Positions 51,921 to 64,000 of a stretch of DNA of 64,000 nucleotides are shown here, one piece after another (position 1 is the stretch's first letter; every line of letters starts with the position of its first letter). The stretch is taken from the NCBI GenBank assembly GCA_973895155.1, contig OZ316899.1:2441573-2505572 (forward strand). The letters are read 5' to 3'. Source of the DNA: Marsupella aquatica (lineage: Eukaryota > Plantae > Marchantiophyta). The notes under the pieces were generated by a model. That model did no database searches, was not told where the DNA came from, and was given only the letters and a program-made list of their open reading frames with translations. Position numbers and translations under genes: made by a program.

Positions 51921-53149
51921 TCGCTACTACCATCACCTAGTCAGTAGTGATAAATGACATAAATGTTGTAATTTACAAACAACTTACAATCAAGTAAGGG
52001 ATGGAGAGCTTGTAAATCCCACTACAAGTGATGTAGTATCGGACTCTCACCAAAGTGCAGCAACTATGTCACCAACATTTGAGTGATACATTGCTTAAAC
52101 CACTTGCCACCAGGTAGTGGGTTCAGAGGGGACTGGCAAAAGCACTTGGAATGTGGTGATTTTCCGAAGTGCAAGCCATTAAATTGCCAAAGAAGTTTAG
52201 TGAATGGTGCCAAGGGTAATTAAAACATAGAGAAAATTAAAACAACATCCTGGCCGGAACATGGTTTAGGGTACATAGAAGCTTGGGGTTTCTAGACACT
52301 CAGCGTATCTCTCAATGCAAGGGAGTGTCATAGAAAATGTATTATTTTGTAGCACCACTAGCATATATTACTTCTAAAGCTTTGTATGATTTACACAATT
52401 TCAAGGAGTAAGTAAGGTATTAAAATTGGCAATAGACAAAAAGTGATTCACATAGGGTACTCTAGAAATGAAAATGTGGGTTTAATTAGGATAAATGGTT
52501 GGCATTAGGACCCGCATTAGGACTCACATGGATAATGTCATTTCTCACTTTAAAAAGCATTGCGAGAAATTAAATGTTTACTACCCAAGTAATTATACCA
52601 CCTAGGTAACATTGTTGGTGGCATATTGGAAGTTCTTCATTTTTTGCACCACTTTGAAAGAGCCAGGTAGTCACCACTTAGCACTTATTTGTAGGGGTTA
52701 GACAAGTGGCAACGTTGGGGTGAAACTACATTCAAAAAAACCTGGGGGGTGAGTGGGTTGGCTTTATAACATAAGGGATGGATGGGATGGCCTGGGGGCT
52801 TGGGGTGTAAATTCACATGGCTAAGATCACCCTCATCCGATGGCTGAGATCACCCTAGGCGCTTCCATGTCAGAGTAAGTCTAGAGTACGGGTTCGCGCC
52901 AAACGGCTATTTGCACCCGCCTTACGTTGGATGAAGAGTTGCAGCGTTCCACTTTTCCGACAAAGTATCGAGGTGAAACGCTGAATGTTGTGGTTACTCT
53001 CTAGCACAAAGGGTTTAGGAGAAGAGAGCAAAGGGGTTTAGCAAGGACCTTGCACTACTTTTTTTGCCTCCAGAGCTGTGGAGTTTAGGGCTGCGATCGC
53101 ACCTCATGGATTGAGTCTGTGGAGTGCGAAGCTGCGGGAGTGAATGTGG

Positions 53150-53350
53150 GCACGGTGCACTGGAGTTAGTGCTGCAATCAAGGCTCATGGCTTTTTTATG
53201 AAGTGGAGTGCAGAGCTGCGCGGCGGAGCTATGGGAGCACAGAGTTGTGGGAGTGCGCGAGTGCGGAGTGTGGGAGTGGCAAGAGCTGCAGAGCTGCAGA
53301 GCCACAAACTGTGTTTGAGTGCAGAGCGATTGAGTGCGGAGCTGTGATTC
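53150..53350. repeat. Low-complexity GAGTGCG/GAGCTGCA repeats
   Basis: Direct reading of the sequence; probably within the CACTA leader. Confidence 0.6.
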
Positions 53351-55463
53351 AGCTGTAGCCTGTCGGAGCTCAAACAGAGTGCATTTCCCCACTGGAAACG
53401 TCGAGGCTAATCGGGCATTGTCAGGTTTTGGTGCCAGAGTTGTGAAGGAGCAGGGTTTTCGGTACGTTGGACATTGGCGCCGCGTGGTGGGCACTGACTC
53501 TCCAAACTCCTTGTCAGCGGTATTGCGGAGCTGGGCAATCTGCAAGAAGGGAGACAGGCGAGCTGCAATAGTGGACGTCGACCTACAGTGCAGGTTGGAG
53601 TTTCTAATTAGTCACCATTGCTGGGATTTGAGCTCTCATTTGCTTTGGGCTATTTGTCAGAGTCGTAAATGGCTGAGCTGATTTCCACCAAGCTGATTTC
53701 CGTTGAGCTCATTTGTGGATAGTGGACCTATTGGTTCACATTGGAGTTGCAAAGGAGCTGGCCAGAGCAGCTCGGGCCGTCACAGCTTGTCGGCAGCATA
53801 GGTCACAGCTCGGGGGAGGGTTGCCGGTCGGACCTTGGCGCTGCGTGGTGGACACTGGACCTGCCAAACTCCTTGTTGGCAGTTGTCAGCTTTCATCTGG
53901 CTCAACATACTCGCCACTCATTTGTTTGTCAGCTTCTTTCACTTCCCGGCCATGCCCTTGATTTCTTTCAGCTTTCCCAAACAGAGCTTACTTGCTCTCT
54001 GCTCTCTGCTACAAGTCCGGGTCTGAAATCAGCTGTTTGTCTTGTTTGTTTTGTGCGATGGCTTCCCGAATGTATTGTTGAGGCTGTATTGCAGATTAGA
54101 CCGTTACATTCTCGATCCAATAGACCCCTTTGAAGCAATCAATCTGAAGCAATCAATCTAAAACCTTCACAGTTTCTCTAGGAATTCTCGTCGTCTGCTC
54201 ATCCTATGTGCTCATTCTCTCTCTTCCTCTCTCTGTTTTGTGCATTGCCTTGTTTGGCAGGGCGCCTGCTGTGCTCTGCCTCGGATGTACCTGTACTGTC
54301 ATGGATGTGCTTGCAATATAGCAATAAATAACCTGCCCATGCTGATGATGCGCCTCCACAAACCCTTCCCTCCTTTTGTCTCTTGGAACACTATCGAATC
54401 ATTGCTGGTCTGTAAGGCTTACTTCAGCATACTGGTCACATATTGCTTGTTGTTTGCTATAGATGAGTACATAATGGAAGAATGAAATACTCTTTAGTCT
54501 TGTCATTTAATAGTCTTGTCCTCTCCACGTCCCGGGTTAACTGTTTAAATAGAGACAAACTTGTTTTGTTGTAGAGAAGAAGCTCTTTACTTGCTATACT
54601 AGTAGCAGAGTTCTATCTGTCTTGATCAATGCTACCTACTGTCTGGCTTGCTGTCCGATTCAATACTCTGGTTGCGCTGACATACGTGTATCCGACTTTG
54701 TGGTAGCTCAAAGCCAATGACGTTCACACTCTTGACCTTTGTCTGTTTTTGCTGGGGCAAGATTGCCGTAAAGTTGTTATTACTGGCTGAAAGGTTTACG
54801 TCTCCAAATTTACATTGAGGTTCTACATGTAACAAGTAGGCTACTACCCCCCTTGGTCTTTTGTGGACAATGCTATTTTATTGGCGCTATCCTTGTCATT
54901 TGTGCTTTTTCTTGAGGGTTCTCTCATTGCCGCCAATTGGAACACCTCAAGACTTTTCTTACCAGCGAGGGCGTGAATCATGCACCATGCCAAGCCCCTG
55001 AAGTGAGATCTCACTTCATTGTCTCGTATTTCCGTGGATGTTTGTAAATTTTCATTTTTACTTTCTTGACGATCCTGTCATTTTGGTCAGGAGTGGTCAC
55101 TCTGTTTCAAGGTCTGTTTTGAGTTTCTTCATCTTGTCTCGTGCTGTTGCTTCTCTTTCTATGAATCTTGGATCAATGCTACCTGCTCTCTAGGTCGGCC
55201 TCCTATTCTGTACTCTGGTATGGTTAATGGAGTCTTGTTTGTGTGCGCGGTAAATAGAATTACCAATTGTTGGCATTGGGAAAGTCTTGAGCCTGTCTAA
55301 GCTTGTCCTTTAAAACGTGAAGGGATTCATCCCTGTATATAAACTGAAATTCAGGGTCAGTCATGAAATCTCCAGTTTTTTAACCATGGTCTTATAGTTT
55401 CAGGAGCGAGTGGACCTGCTGTGGACGTGAGCAAAGCAGCACAGGACGTGATCAAGAATAGCT

Positions 55464-55721
55464 ATGGTGAGGACTCGCAGCGCTCATTCTCATAGTCTTG
55501 CAGGCACCGCAGAGAGATTGCGTCTAGAGTTTGTCAGACGTGGCACATGGCCAGCCCACTCTACATGGTATTTTCGTTATCCAGTTGTAGTGCAGAATGA
55601 CTACAGCCGGCCTCCACCTATGGCATTACCCTTTCCCACATCCGTGGTGTATGTGTCACTTATTGGCGAAGTGCCACACGTCAAGGCCATCCTAGCGCAT
55701 GGATGTATCCATTCTTGCTAG
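55464..55721 (+). CDS. Small hypothetical ORF (85 aa) inside the CACTA
   Basis: ATG start MVRTRS, upstream splice acceptor ttttcag|G near 55400, and a local GC rise; no homology recognised. Confidence 0.25.
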   Translation: MVRTRSAHSHSLAGTAERLRLEFVRRGTWPAHSTWYFRYPVVVQNDYSRPPPMALPFPTSVVYVSLIGEVPHVKAILAHGCIHSC

Positions 55722-56674
55722 TATGACTGCGTTGCTTGTAGGGTGGTGAACCCAACAACCCTGGTCGGTGCTGACAAAGCCGCTAAACAAAGTAGGAGGA
55801 TATGCATCCTTTGGAACCACTTTGCATTGTTGAATGGTGTGGATAGTGATCTCGGGTGTCCTGCCCTGCCAAACCCCGTTATTGGGGGTTTCTCGGACAC
55901 ATCATGTTTGATTTGAAGTTAGTTTACACCTGCAGGAATTCTAACACAGTACGCACGTACCAAGATGCAATGAGATAAGGCATATTTTTGGATGAAATAG
56001 TAACTTAAACACTGAGAAATAACTTATGCTTTGACTTTTTCTATATATTCGTACAATTTTGTATTGAGGGTTTGAACACCTCAGTGGAATTAAAGTTTTG
56101 AAGTACATTGCAAAACCCCTATCTACTAAGCACAACATTTTAATCTAAGATGTCACCAGTCCACTCAACATCTCTGTTCAATGACTCTGTTCCAGAAGGC
56201 CCACAATCTATTGCTAAATGAAAGTTGAATCCAATAGTTAAAGTCTTTGTCAATGACTCCCACTCCCCCCTGGCAGATATGCCTTATGGCTCTAGATCGG
56301 GTACAGTGAATGAAGAAAGTTGAAGAGTGTCCATGTAATGTTTGTCCATGCATAGTCCTTGCCAACTCAAACCAGTGCTCTGTGTAGTGGCTCCATTTAA
56401 ATGATATTTTGTGTCACATTTGTGCTGTTGCAGATTATGAATCCTTGTTTTTACATCTTGTGACGTGAGAGGGGATTGAGATCTACATCTGAAACCGATC
56501 AAGGCAGTCTCCAAATTTCATTGCCTTCCTCTTGGTTGAGTACAATTGGTGAGTCCTCTACATTCTGGCCCCACATTGGATTGCAATATGCAAGTGGTAA
56601 GTACGTGTTTTATGACAGCCAATTTAACAGTTTAATAACTCTTCAAGTTTTCTTGTTCATGTCCAGTGGTCATA

Positions 56675-57328
56675 ATGGCTAGGACCAAGCATAAAGCCAG
56701 AAAGAATGATACTCGAACGAGAAAGGAGGAAGATGTGTTGATGATTGAATTGTGGTCAGACGTTGAGAAATGTCAGTGTAGTCCCCAGCTTTGTGGCATT
56801 TGTGACTGGCATGGAGATCTGGCCATGTGTGATGGGGCTTGCCATCGGCACTTCCACCATGTTTCCAAAGTTGGTGAGGTTGTTGGTAGGTGCCCTGCTG
56901 TATTTGTTGCACCAGGCAAGGATGATGATCCTTGGTATTGTCCAGAGTGTAAGGATAAGACATACAGGTGTTTTCAGTGTGGCATTGTCTCTACTACTGC
57001 CAGGCAGTGCCCCCAGCCATATTGTGTTCGTTTTTATTGTCATGGATGCTTGCCACTTGATGTGGAGTCTTGCCCCATCCATACATGTGTTGCATGCCAG
57101 CAGGACCATGGTGACCCTCATCTGGCAGAGGCCGTGCAGTGTTTGAGATGTCCTAAAACTTGGCATCGTACTTGCCTAGCCGAGAGTAAGCGTCAAGGTT
57201 TTGCATCGGACAGAGTGCCCTGGCATCATACTGCACATGACCAGGGACGTTGGATGATTTACTGTCCTGACCATCCTATTGACCCTGCTCTAGGCACAGC
57301 GGCTCATGATCACATCTCCTGGCTTTGA
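56675..57328 (+). CDS. EDM2-like atypical triple-PHD zinc-finger protein (about 217 aa)
   Basis: CGICDWHGDLAMCDGACHRHFH...WYCPECKDKTYRCFQC...CPQPYCVRFY...CPIHTCVAC...CLRCPKTWHRTCL...MIYCPDHPIDPALGTAAHDHISW follows the plant EDM2 PHD region motif by motif, as recalled. Intact and intronless; acceptor upstream of the ATG. Confidence 0.82.
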   Translation: MARTKHKARKNDTRTRKEEDVLMIELWSDVEKCQCSPQLCGICDWHGDLAMCDGACHRHFHHVSKVGEVVGRCPAVFVAPGKDDDPWYCPECKDKTYRCFQCGIVSTTARQCPQPYCVRFYCHGCLPLDVESCPIHTCVACQQDHGDPHLAEAVQCLRCPKTWHRTCLAESKRQGFASDRVPWHHTAHDQGRWMIYCPDHPIDPALGTAAHDHISWL

Positions 57329-58591
57329 TTCACCTGGTCCATTTTGGTTCAAATACATCATTACTACTGTAGACATCGATACAGTTAGTTAATCAATGGA
57401 ACAATGACGTTTTGTCATAATCACACATTTTGTGAACTGTGTGAATGGTTAGCACAAGCATGGAGACAGTGCTCACGGTTTAATTGACTAAGGCTTCCTA
57501 AAACATCTAAAGTACTCAAACTTTATTTATTTATTTGGTAATTATTTTGTATACCAGTATGAGGAACATTCCCATTGATGTTTATGCATGGATGTCAATA
57601 TTGTGGATGTGATTGAATTGTTTGGACCCAATGTTTATACGATTGTCTTGGATGTTGGCTATCATGGATGGGGCATTGTCAACGGGATATTTTCTTCAAC
57701 CTACTGTCTGTGGGTAGCAATAGAGTTTCAAGTTTGAAAGAAGCATCCTAAACACATAAAACGTAAGAGATAAAATGTAAAACCTTTCTGCAACTAAAAA
57801 TGCACAGTATGAACTTAAAGAGACAACTACAGAGTGGCAAGACAGTACAGATTATGAGGGAGCTGAGCTTACTGTTGTGTCCATGTTGTAGGTTCTCACC
57901 AGTGAATGTTGGAGGTGAAACACTACACTCGGTATGTCGTTTTTTCCAGATTGCCATACCATATGTAGACCCCTCATACGGGTGGCTACATGGATGTATG
58001 TTGTGGTGGTTTGGCTGGTTGGTTTGGTAATCCGGCAATTTGTACCCCCACCTGGCAGAATCATTGTCAGCCTTGAATCTGTTGTACAGTATTGTAGGGG
58101 AAATGAGGAGGAGGTTTACTTTTCGGCAGATGAGTGTGAAGCCGGGTGTGAAGAGGATGATGAGGAATGTAGTAGTTTGCTACATGTTTTGCCATATGAT
58201 TTAGTAGCCACTACTTGTAGGCACAAATCGTAGACCACCATGGCATGATCTTGGGTTAGACTTAGATGACTTAATGTACCTGCCTGAGTACCTGAGGCTT
58301 GACTATCATCGAGCACAGGAGTGGTATTTGTACTGATCTGATAAGATTCACAGATCTGATATCACTGAGCTAGTGGAGTGGGATTCTATGACTATACACC
58401 ATTGTATTCTGATATGGTCATGGATGTACGTGCAGAGTAGCCTAGAGGTGTGGAGTCCAGTGCTGGTACCATTAGAGTGGAGGATTGCAGTATCCAGAGA
58501 GCTTGCAGAGGTTGCAAGGTACGTGGGTCCTCTACATTCTGGAAAATTGAGTGGAAGACATTGATTGGATTGACTTGAAGTGGCTGAAACA

Positions 58592-61500
58592 ATGTTGAGG
58601 AACTTTCGTGGTAGTCAAGATGACTTGAATAGGAGGGATGATAAGTTATGGCGTCGACAGACTGCAGCTTGTAGAGCTGCTGGGATGACAAAGATAAAAT
58701 GTCCTTGCTACATTTGCAACTGTAGGGGTAATCGTGTGAGTCTAGGGACAGTCAAAAAGCACCTCATTCAGAATTCTCGCCACCCATCGCAAAGGTATTG
58801 GTGGGGAGAGGACTGTGACTCTTCTGATGATGAGTGGAATGCACGCTGCATGGAGGGGGATGGTGCATTTGAGGGCCCTGTGGACAATGCAAGATGTGTA
58901 GAGGAACTTGCCAATGATATGGATTGTGGCATAGATATCCCTGGGATACTAGAGGACCTGGCAATACCAAGTGAAACTGCTAATGCCAGTGAACCTGTCC
59001 AAGAAACCACTGCAGAGGAGCCCACTCTGCAGGAAAGCGAAGAGGGTCTCTTCAACATGGATGATCTTCTGGAGGGGGATAGTACATCTGGAGAAGCAAC
59101 ACCTCAGATTTGGGACCACCAGGCAGAGGAGAAGATGATGCAAGCATTTGAAGAGGCGTGTGCCCCTTTGTATGAGGGGTCCACTACTTCCCAATTGTCA
59201 TTTGTGTTGACATTTCTAAACACATGCCATAATCATGGTTTCACCAACTCTGGAGTTGATGAATTGCTTTCGTTGATGGGGAAACAGTTGATGCCTGCTA
59301 AGAATCTGCTGCCTAAAAACCTGTATGCATGCAAGAAGCTGATCAGTCATGCTGGCTTGGATTATGTCAAAATTGATGCTTGTGAGGATGGATGTGTCCT
59401 ATTCAGAAAGGAGCATGCTCATTACGAAGAGTGTCCACTGTGCAAAAAGCCTAGGTATAAGCAGGTTGGACAATCAAAGCAACCTGTGAAAGTCCTTCGA
59501 CATTTCCCCCTCATACCCAGGTTGAAACGAATGTACAGGTGCAAGGCAATTTCAGAGTTGATGACATGGCATAAGGACAATAAAAGCACAGATGGAAAGG
59601 TCCGGCATGTTGCAGATTCTAGGGCATGGAAGGAGATTGATACAACCATTGATCCAACATTTGAAGCAGAGCCTCGCAATGTACACCTTGGATTGGCTCT
59701 GGATGGTGTGAACCCCTTTGGGGAAAACAACCTCAAGCACCCTACATGGCCTGTTGTATTGTTGAATTACAATCTGCCCCCTTGGTTGTCCACCAAGAAG
59801 TTCTTCATTATGTTATCTTTGCTGATCCCTGGGCCTGATTCAGTGACTGACCGCAACATTGACATTTACATGGCTCCATTGCTGGAGGAGCTTTTGGAGC
59901 TCTGGGAGGGAGTTCCATGCTTTGATGCACTTGACAGGCCTGGCCTGAATAAGTGGTTCAATCTGCGGGCCATTCTATTGTGGACAGTGAACGACTATCC
60001 AGCTTTGGGTCTCATATCGGGTCAAGTCACAAAAGGATATCATGGATGCATTGTGTGTGGTCCCAATGTGAGCTGCAGAAGGTCTGCTGCTCTATCCAAG
60101 AATGTATTTCTGGGGAGTCGAAGGTGGTTGGAGGAGAACCATAAATACCGCTCCCAAAGTTATGCAGCAAAATTTGATGGGGAGTGCGAGCCACAGGGGC
60201 CTCCCCCAAGGATGACTTGTGAGCAAAAATTAGCCTTTGCTGCTGATGTGGAAGAGTACTTGAAAACACCTGGGGCCAAACAAGGAAGCAAGAACTGTCC
60301 TTCGAAGCTTCATGGGGTGAAGAGGACACAAGATCTTGCAAAACTGCCATACTGGTCGGTGAGTAAAATCACACTGGCATTCACCTTTTTCACTTTAAGA
60401 TATTGCATAGTACCAGCATTGTACACACATGTCAATTTGCAGTTGGACTGATCTGCTTTTTGTTGTTTGGATGCAGAAACTTCTGATCAACCATGTGCTG
60501 GATCCCATGCACACAGAGAAGAACATTGCTCAGAATTTGATTCACACTACTTCTGGGAAGAAGGATACCACTGCTGTGCGGAATGATATGGAGGCTGAAG
60601 GCATTCACGAGCAGCTGTGGATGAAGCCTCATCCAAACAATAAGAAGGACCATTTTGTGAAGCCCAAGGCGCCCTATGTGATGAGCAAACCAGAGCTGGA
60701 GGAGTTCCTGGGCACTTTGAAGAACTTGAAGGTTCCCACAGATTTTGGTAGCTCATTGGCAAAGTGTGTGAGAGCCAGCAATAAGTTGGCTGGCCTCAAG
60801 TCTCATGACTACCATTGCCTCATGCAGCAGATACTTCCCTTGGCATTGAAGGACTTGATGGCAACAGGACCTCGAATGGCTATCATTAGTGTGTATCGTG
60901 TGTGGCGTAAAATTTGCTGTAAGGTCTGGGACCCTAGCACTAAGGATGAACTGATGACAGATGTGGCACATACTTTGTGTGCTCTGGAAATGCATTTTCC
61001 AGCTTCGTTTTTTGATGTCATGACACATTTGATGGTGCATATAGTGGAAGAGCTAGATATATGTGGACCTGTGTCACAACGGTGGATGTATCCAATTGAG
61101 AGATACTTGAAAAAACTAAAGGGTTTTGTAAGAAACAGGGCACGACCAGAGGCATCTATGGTTGAGGGTTATATCCTAGAGGAGGCATTAGGATTTCTCA
61201 CAGAGTATATGGTTCAGTGCGAAGTAACTCGGCAGCGGGTCTGGGACTCTGAAGAAGAGGCAGGGGTTAAAGGTGTGGTCCTGGAAGGGGCCTCAAGTAA
61301 ACTGTCTCTAAGTGTTGCTGATCGAGATGCTGCCCACACCTATTACCTACAGAACCATGTACAGGTTGCACCATGGCTCAGGTACATGAAATAACTACGT
61401 CATTTTGTTGCTGGCTGTCTGAGTGTTCAATAATGTAGTTCTAAATGCATTGTCACAACATGACAGTCTTTCTTTTGTGGTATCTGATATTGTTCTTTGC

Positions 61501-62442
61501 TTGCTTGGAAGGTTGTATGAGTCAGAAGAGGAGGAGCAAAGGATAGAAAGAGAAGCTGTTCTAAGACAGCATAATGCAGAACGACGACGAGGCAAACGTC
61601 AAGCAATGGCCTGTCCTGTTGAATTTGCTTCCATTCCTTTTGGAGTATGGTTCAGGGATACAATACACAAGGCTAACCTGGATGACAATGAGGACAAGTT
61701 GCTGTTGACTGCAATTTCTTTTCCACCAAGCCAGAAGGCTTTGTCTTACATTTCAATGAAGGCTTTTGGGAACCATTATAGAGTGATGCGCTGCAAAGAT
61801 AGGAATGGCGAATGGCGTGAGATGTCCACTCTTAGGGACACTGATTGTCAAGGATATGCTACATTTGATTCCGGGGTGGCCACAACTTTCCATGAGCAGA
61901 TCAGGGAAGAAACCGGGGTGAATTTGGCCAAGCTTACATATGTGGGGGTTCTGACACAGATACTTGTGCTTGACTATGGACCTGTGTTACATTCTGAACC
62001 AGCCATAATCTTGAAGGCAAAGTGGGTGCGGTCTAAGTGGGGAGAGGACAGGTCTAATCCATCAATGAAACATGATGAGACTGGCCTATGGCTTGCCAAT
62101 TTTAATATGCCTTATCCCTCAGCTGAGAAATTAGATTATGTCTTGCCCAGTCAGATTGAGCAGGTTTTCTTTTACCCAAACACAGCCAGGGCCTCTTGGA
62201 GACATGTCCTCCATAAGGAAGGGAGGTCTCGACGAGTTGTTGAGGGTACAAATGACCTTGAGTTTAATGATCTTGTGGATCGTCATGAGGCTGTTGAGGC
62301 TGAGCTTGTTGCAGCAGCTAACAGACGAGTGCCCTTGGATGAAGGAGAAATTGTAGTTTTTCAGGAGATGGCAGTGTTGACAAGAAGTGATAGTGATGAT
62401 GATGATGTCTGGGAAGATGAAGAAGATTCAGATGAAGAGTGA
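58592..62442 (+). CDS. CACTA transposase (TnpD/Tnp2-like), intact, 3 exons, about 1200 aa
   Basis: Exons 58592-60358, 60477-61381 and 61512-62442 join in frame (LPYWS|KLLINHVLDPMH; WLR|LYE; 3603 nt). Motifs CPC..C, LGLALDGVNPF, DYPAL, GLKSHDYH, FDVMTHL, RWMYPIER, DUF4216-like C-terminus. Confidence 0.93.
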
Positions 62443-62515
62443 GAATGTGCCTCTTGGGGCAGGAAGTACTGATTGCTCTTTGGTGATAGTGTTTTTTATG
62501 CAGTTTTGAATTGAA

Positions 62516-64000
62516 ATGCATGATCGGTCTGGGGTGAAAGGTTCTGAGAATGCCTATGAGGCACAGAGGAATAAGAACATAGCAGCCAACCAAGCTATAC
62601 TTGACCAGTTCGTAGGAACTGCTGCAAGAGATTTAAAGTATGTACTCTATCCCTATATAGTTTTGAATTTATGCCTTGACTTTATTACTAATGGTTCACA
62701 CTCATGACATTGCCAGGGTGATTGCAGTTTACAGGGTGAGGCAAGGGTCAAGCGTCTATCTAAGTTGTCAAAGAAGACTGAACAGAATCAGCCGTCTATA
62801 GCAAAGCGTAGGAGTTCACGATTACTTGGCAGGCACCTGGAGAAAATCATGGAGAGTGACAACAGTGGGAGTGATGAGTCTGAAAAATCAGCTGAGACAA
62901 ATTATGGGGCAGGTTTAAGTGATGGCTTTGAATCAGATGGTGTTCAAGAGCTACGTAAGGTAAGAGAAGACTCATTGTCATTTTCTACTTCACTTGAAGC
63001 TAATTGCATTAATTGTCCAATTTCTGTATATCTCAATCTGGTGCTACTGTTACTAATTACTTGAATGTGCACACTGTTATCCTCAGGCTCCCCGAAAGTC
63101 AGGGCTTAAATATTATGTGGATCCTAGGACAAAGGAAGTGAGTGTGTGTAAGTAATTTATTCATTACCTCACTTGCCATGAACTTGTTTTTGACTTGCCA
63201 AGTGAATCCTGAGTTCAGAGATTCTCACAGTTGCAGATTGATTGTCACAAGTTACATAAATGTTTGACTTGCTAACAGAATCTCTTTGGTTGGTTGTGGT
63301 AGTGACACCCTTGCCTAGAGCATCTGCTCGTGATCTGGATGATGGAATTGTCACAAAAAGATCAGAACAGACACACGTACGACAATCATCTCGTGCTGCA
63401 AAGAAACAATGGGAAGAGAACACAAGCGAGCGTCGCAAGTTGGGCATGAAGAAAGTTGCAATCACTGTATGTTGCTTGTGAAAGATCATGCTTGTGATTT
63501 ATTGTTTGTCCTCTGTTATTGGTCTCTTATGATGCATTGTGTGCAGATTTGGAACAATGATGTTGATCCCAATGATCCATATCGGGCACGTTGGGGAGAT
63601 GATCTTCGTGCTGTGTGTATGGGTAAACTGAATCCTTCTATCCGTGAGATTAAGAAGCAAGACTTAGGGGTTCTTCTTCATGTTTATGCTGTGTTGGAGA
63701 ATGATTGGGAGTATGTACAGGGGACTCTGTCAATGAAGAAGTTCAGGTCTCATTGTTCAGCAGTAATGAAAGCACAGCGAGCAAGACTCCACAAACATTT
63801 TCAGGAAGGTGGAAGACGCTTGGACAAGAAGCCCCCTGAGAATGTGAAGCCTGAACATTGGAAGGCATTGTGTGAGTGGTGGCTGTCTCCAGAAGGGATG
63901 TCTAGCATTGACAAGATGAAGTATGCAAGATCTAAAGTCATTAATCCATCAAGGGTTGGACGAGGTGGCTACCGTGGGAAGGAGTCTGACCTTGTAAGTA
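62516..64000 (+). CDS. CACTA TnpA-like (Ptta/En/Spm) multi-exon gene, running off the window
   Basis: Short GT-AG exons from 62516 to 63465, then an open exon from 63547: ...RARLHKHF...KPPENVKPEHWKALCEWWLSPE...KYARSKV.NPSRVGRGGY. Confidence 0.75.

Larger units (their letters stand above)
48091..64000 (+). mobile_element. CACTA/En-Spm transposon (right end outside the window)
   Basis: CACTAGAAGAAAAC terminus at 48091; many subterminal CACTACAA-like motifs; TnpD- and TnpA-like genes downstream. Confidence 0.85.

Noticed and set aside
56675-57328. The host EDM2 gene itself
   Set aside because: Only the PHD block is present; it stops directly after the DHI motif, is intronless and lies in a TE context, so no gene symbol was assigned.
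58580-62400. Minus-strand ORFs overlapping the CACTA transposase, and similar shadows of other TE genes
   Set aside because: Antisense shadows of real coding frames, with no independent motifs.

Overview
Gene-poor, nested transposon cluster from a plant nuclear genome. The TE families and protein motifs suggest a non-seed land plant such as a bryophyte (inference). No ordinary host gene, rRNA/tRNA gene or CRISPR array was found. Layout: (i) 1-13.9 kb, a minus-strand Gypsy carrying two nested solo LTRs and an 8.3-kb Mutator-like element (MULE), itself hit by a truncated L1; (ii) 14.9-22.9 kb, a second Gypsy interrupted by a 4.5-kb ORF-bearing solo LTR; (iii) 22.9-34 kb, a chromovirus with apparent AG...CT LTR ends, a MITE insertion and tandem LTR remnants; (iv) 43.0-46.7 kb, a young non-autonomous Copia; (v) 48.1 kb to the window end, a large CACTA with an intact transposase. 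Strongest leads: (1) the MULE carries a spliced ParB-like + beta-class N4C/N6A-methyltransferase-like gene, and eight copies of a 15-bp palindrome (TAGCGCnnnGCGCTA) lie only in its introns and subterminal DNA, resembling a parS/VANC-like self-recognition system; (2) the CACTA carries an intact, intronless EDM2-like triple-PHD reader upstream of its transposase. Domain calls come from motif recognition by eye, not database searches. Coordinates of decayed genes are approximate.
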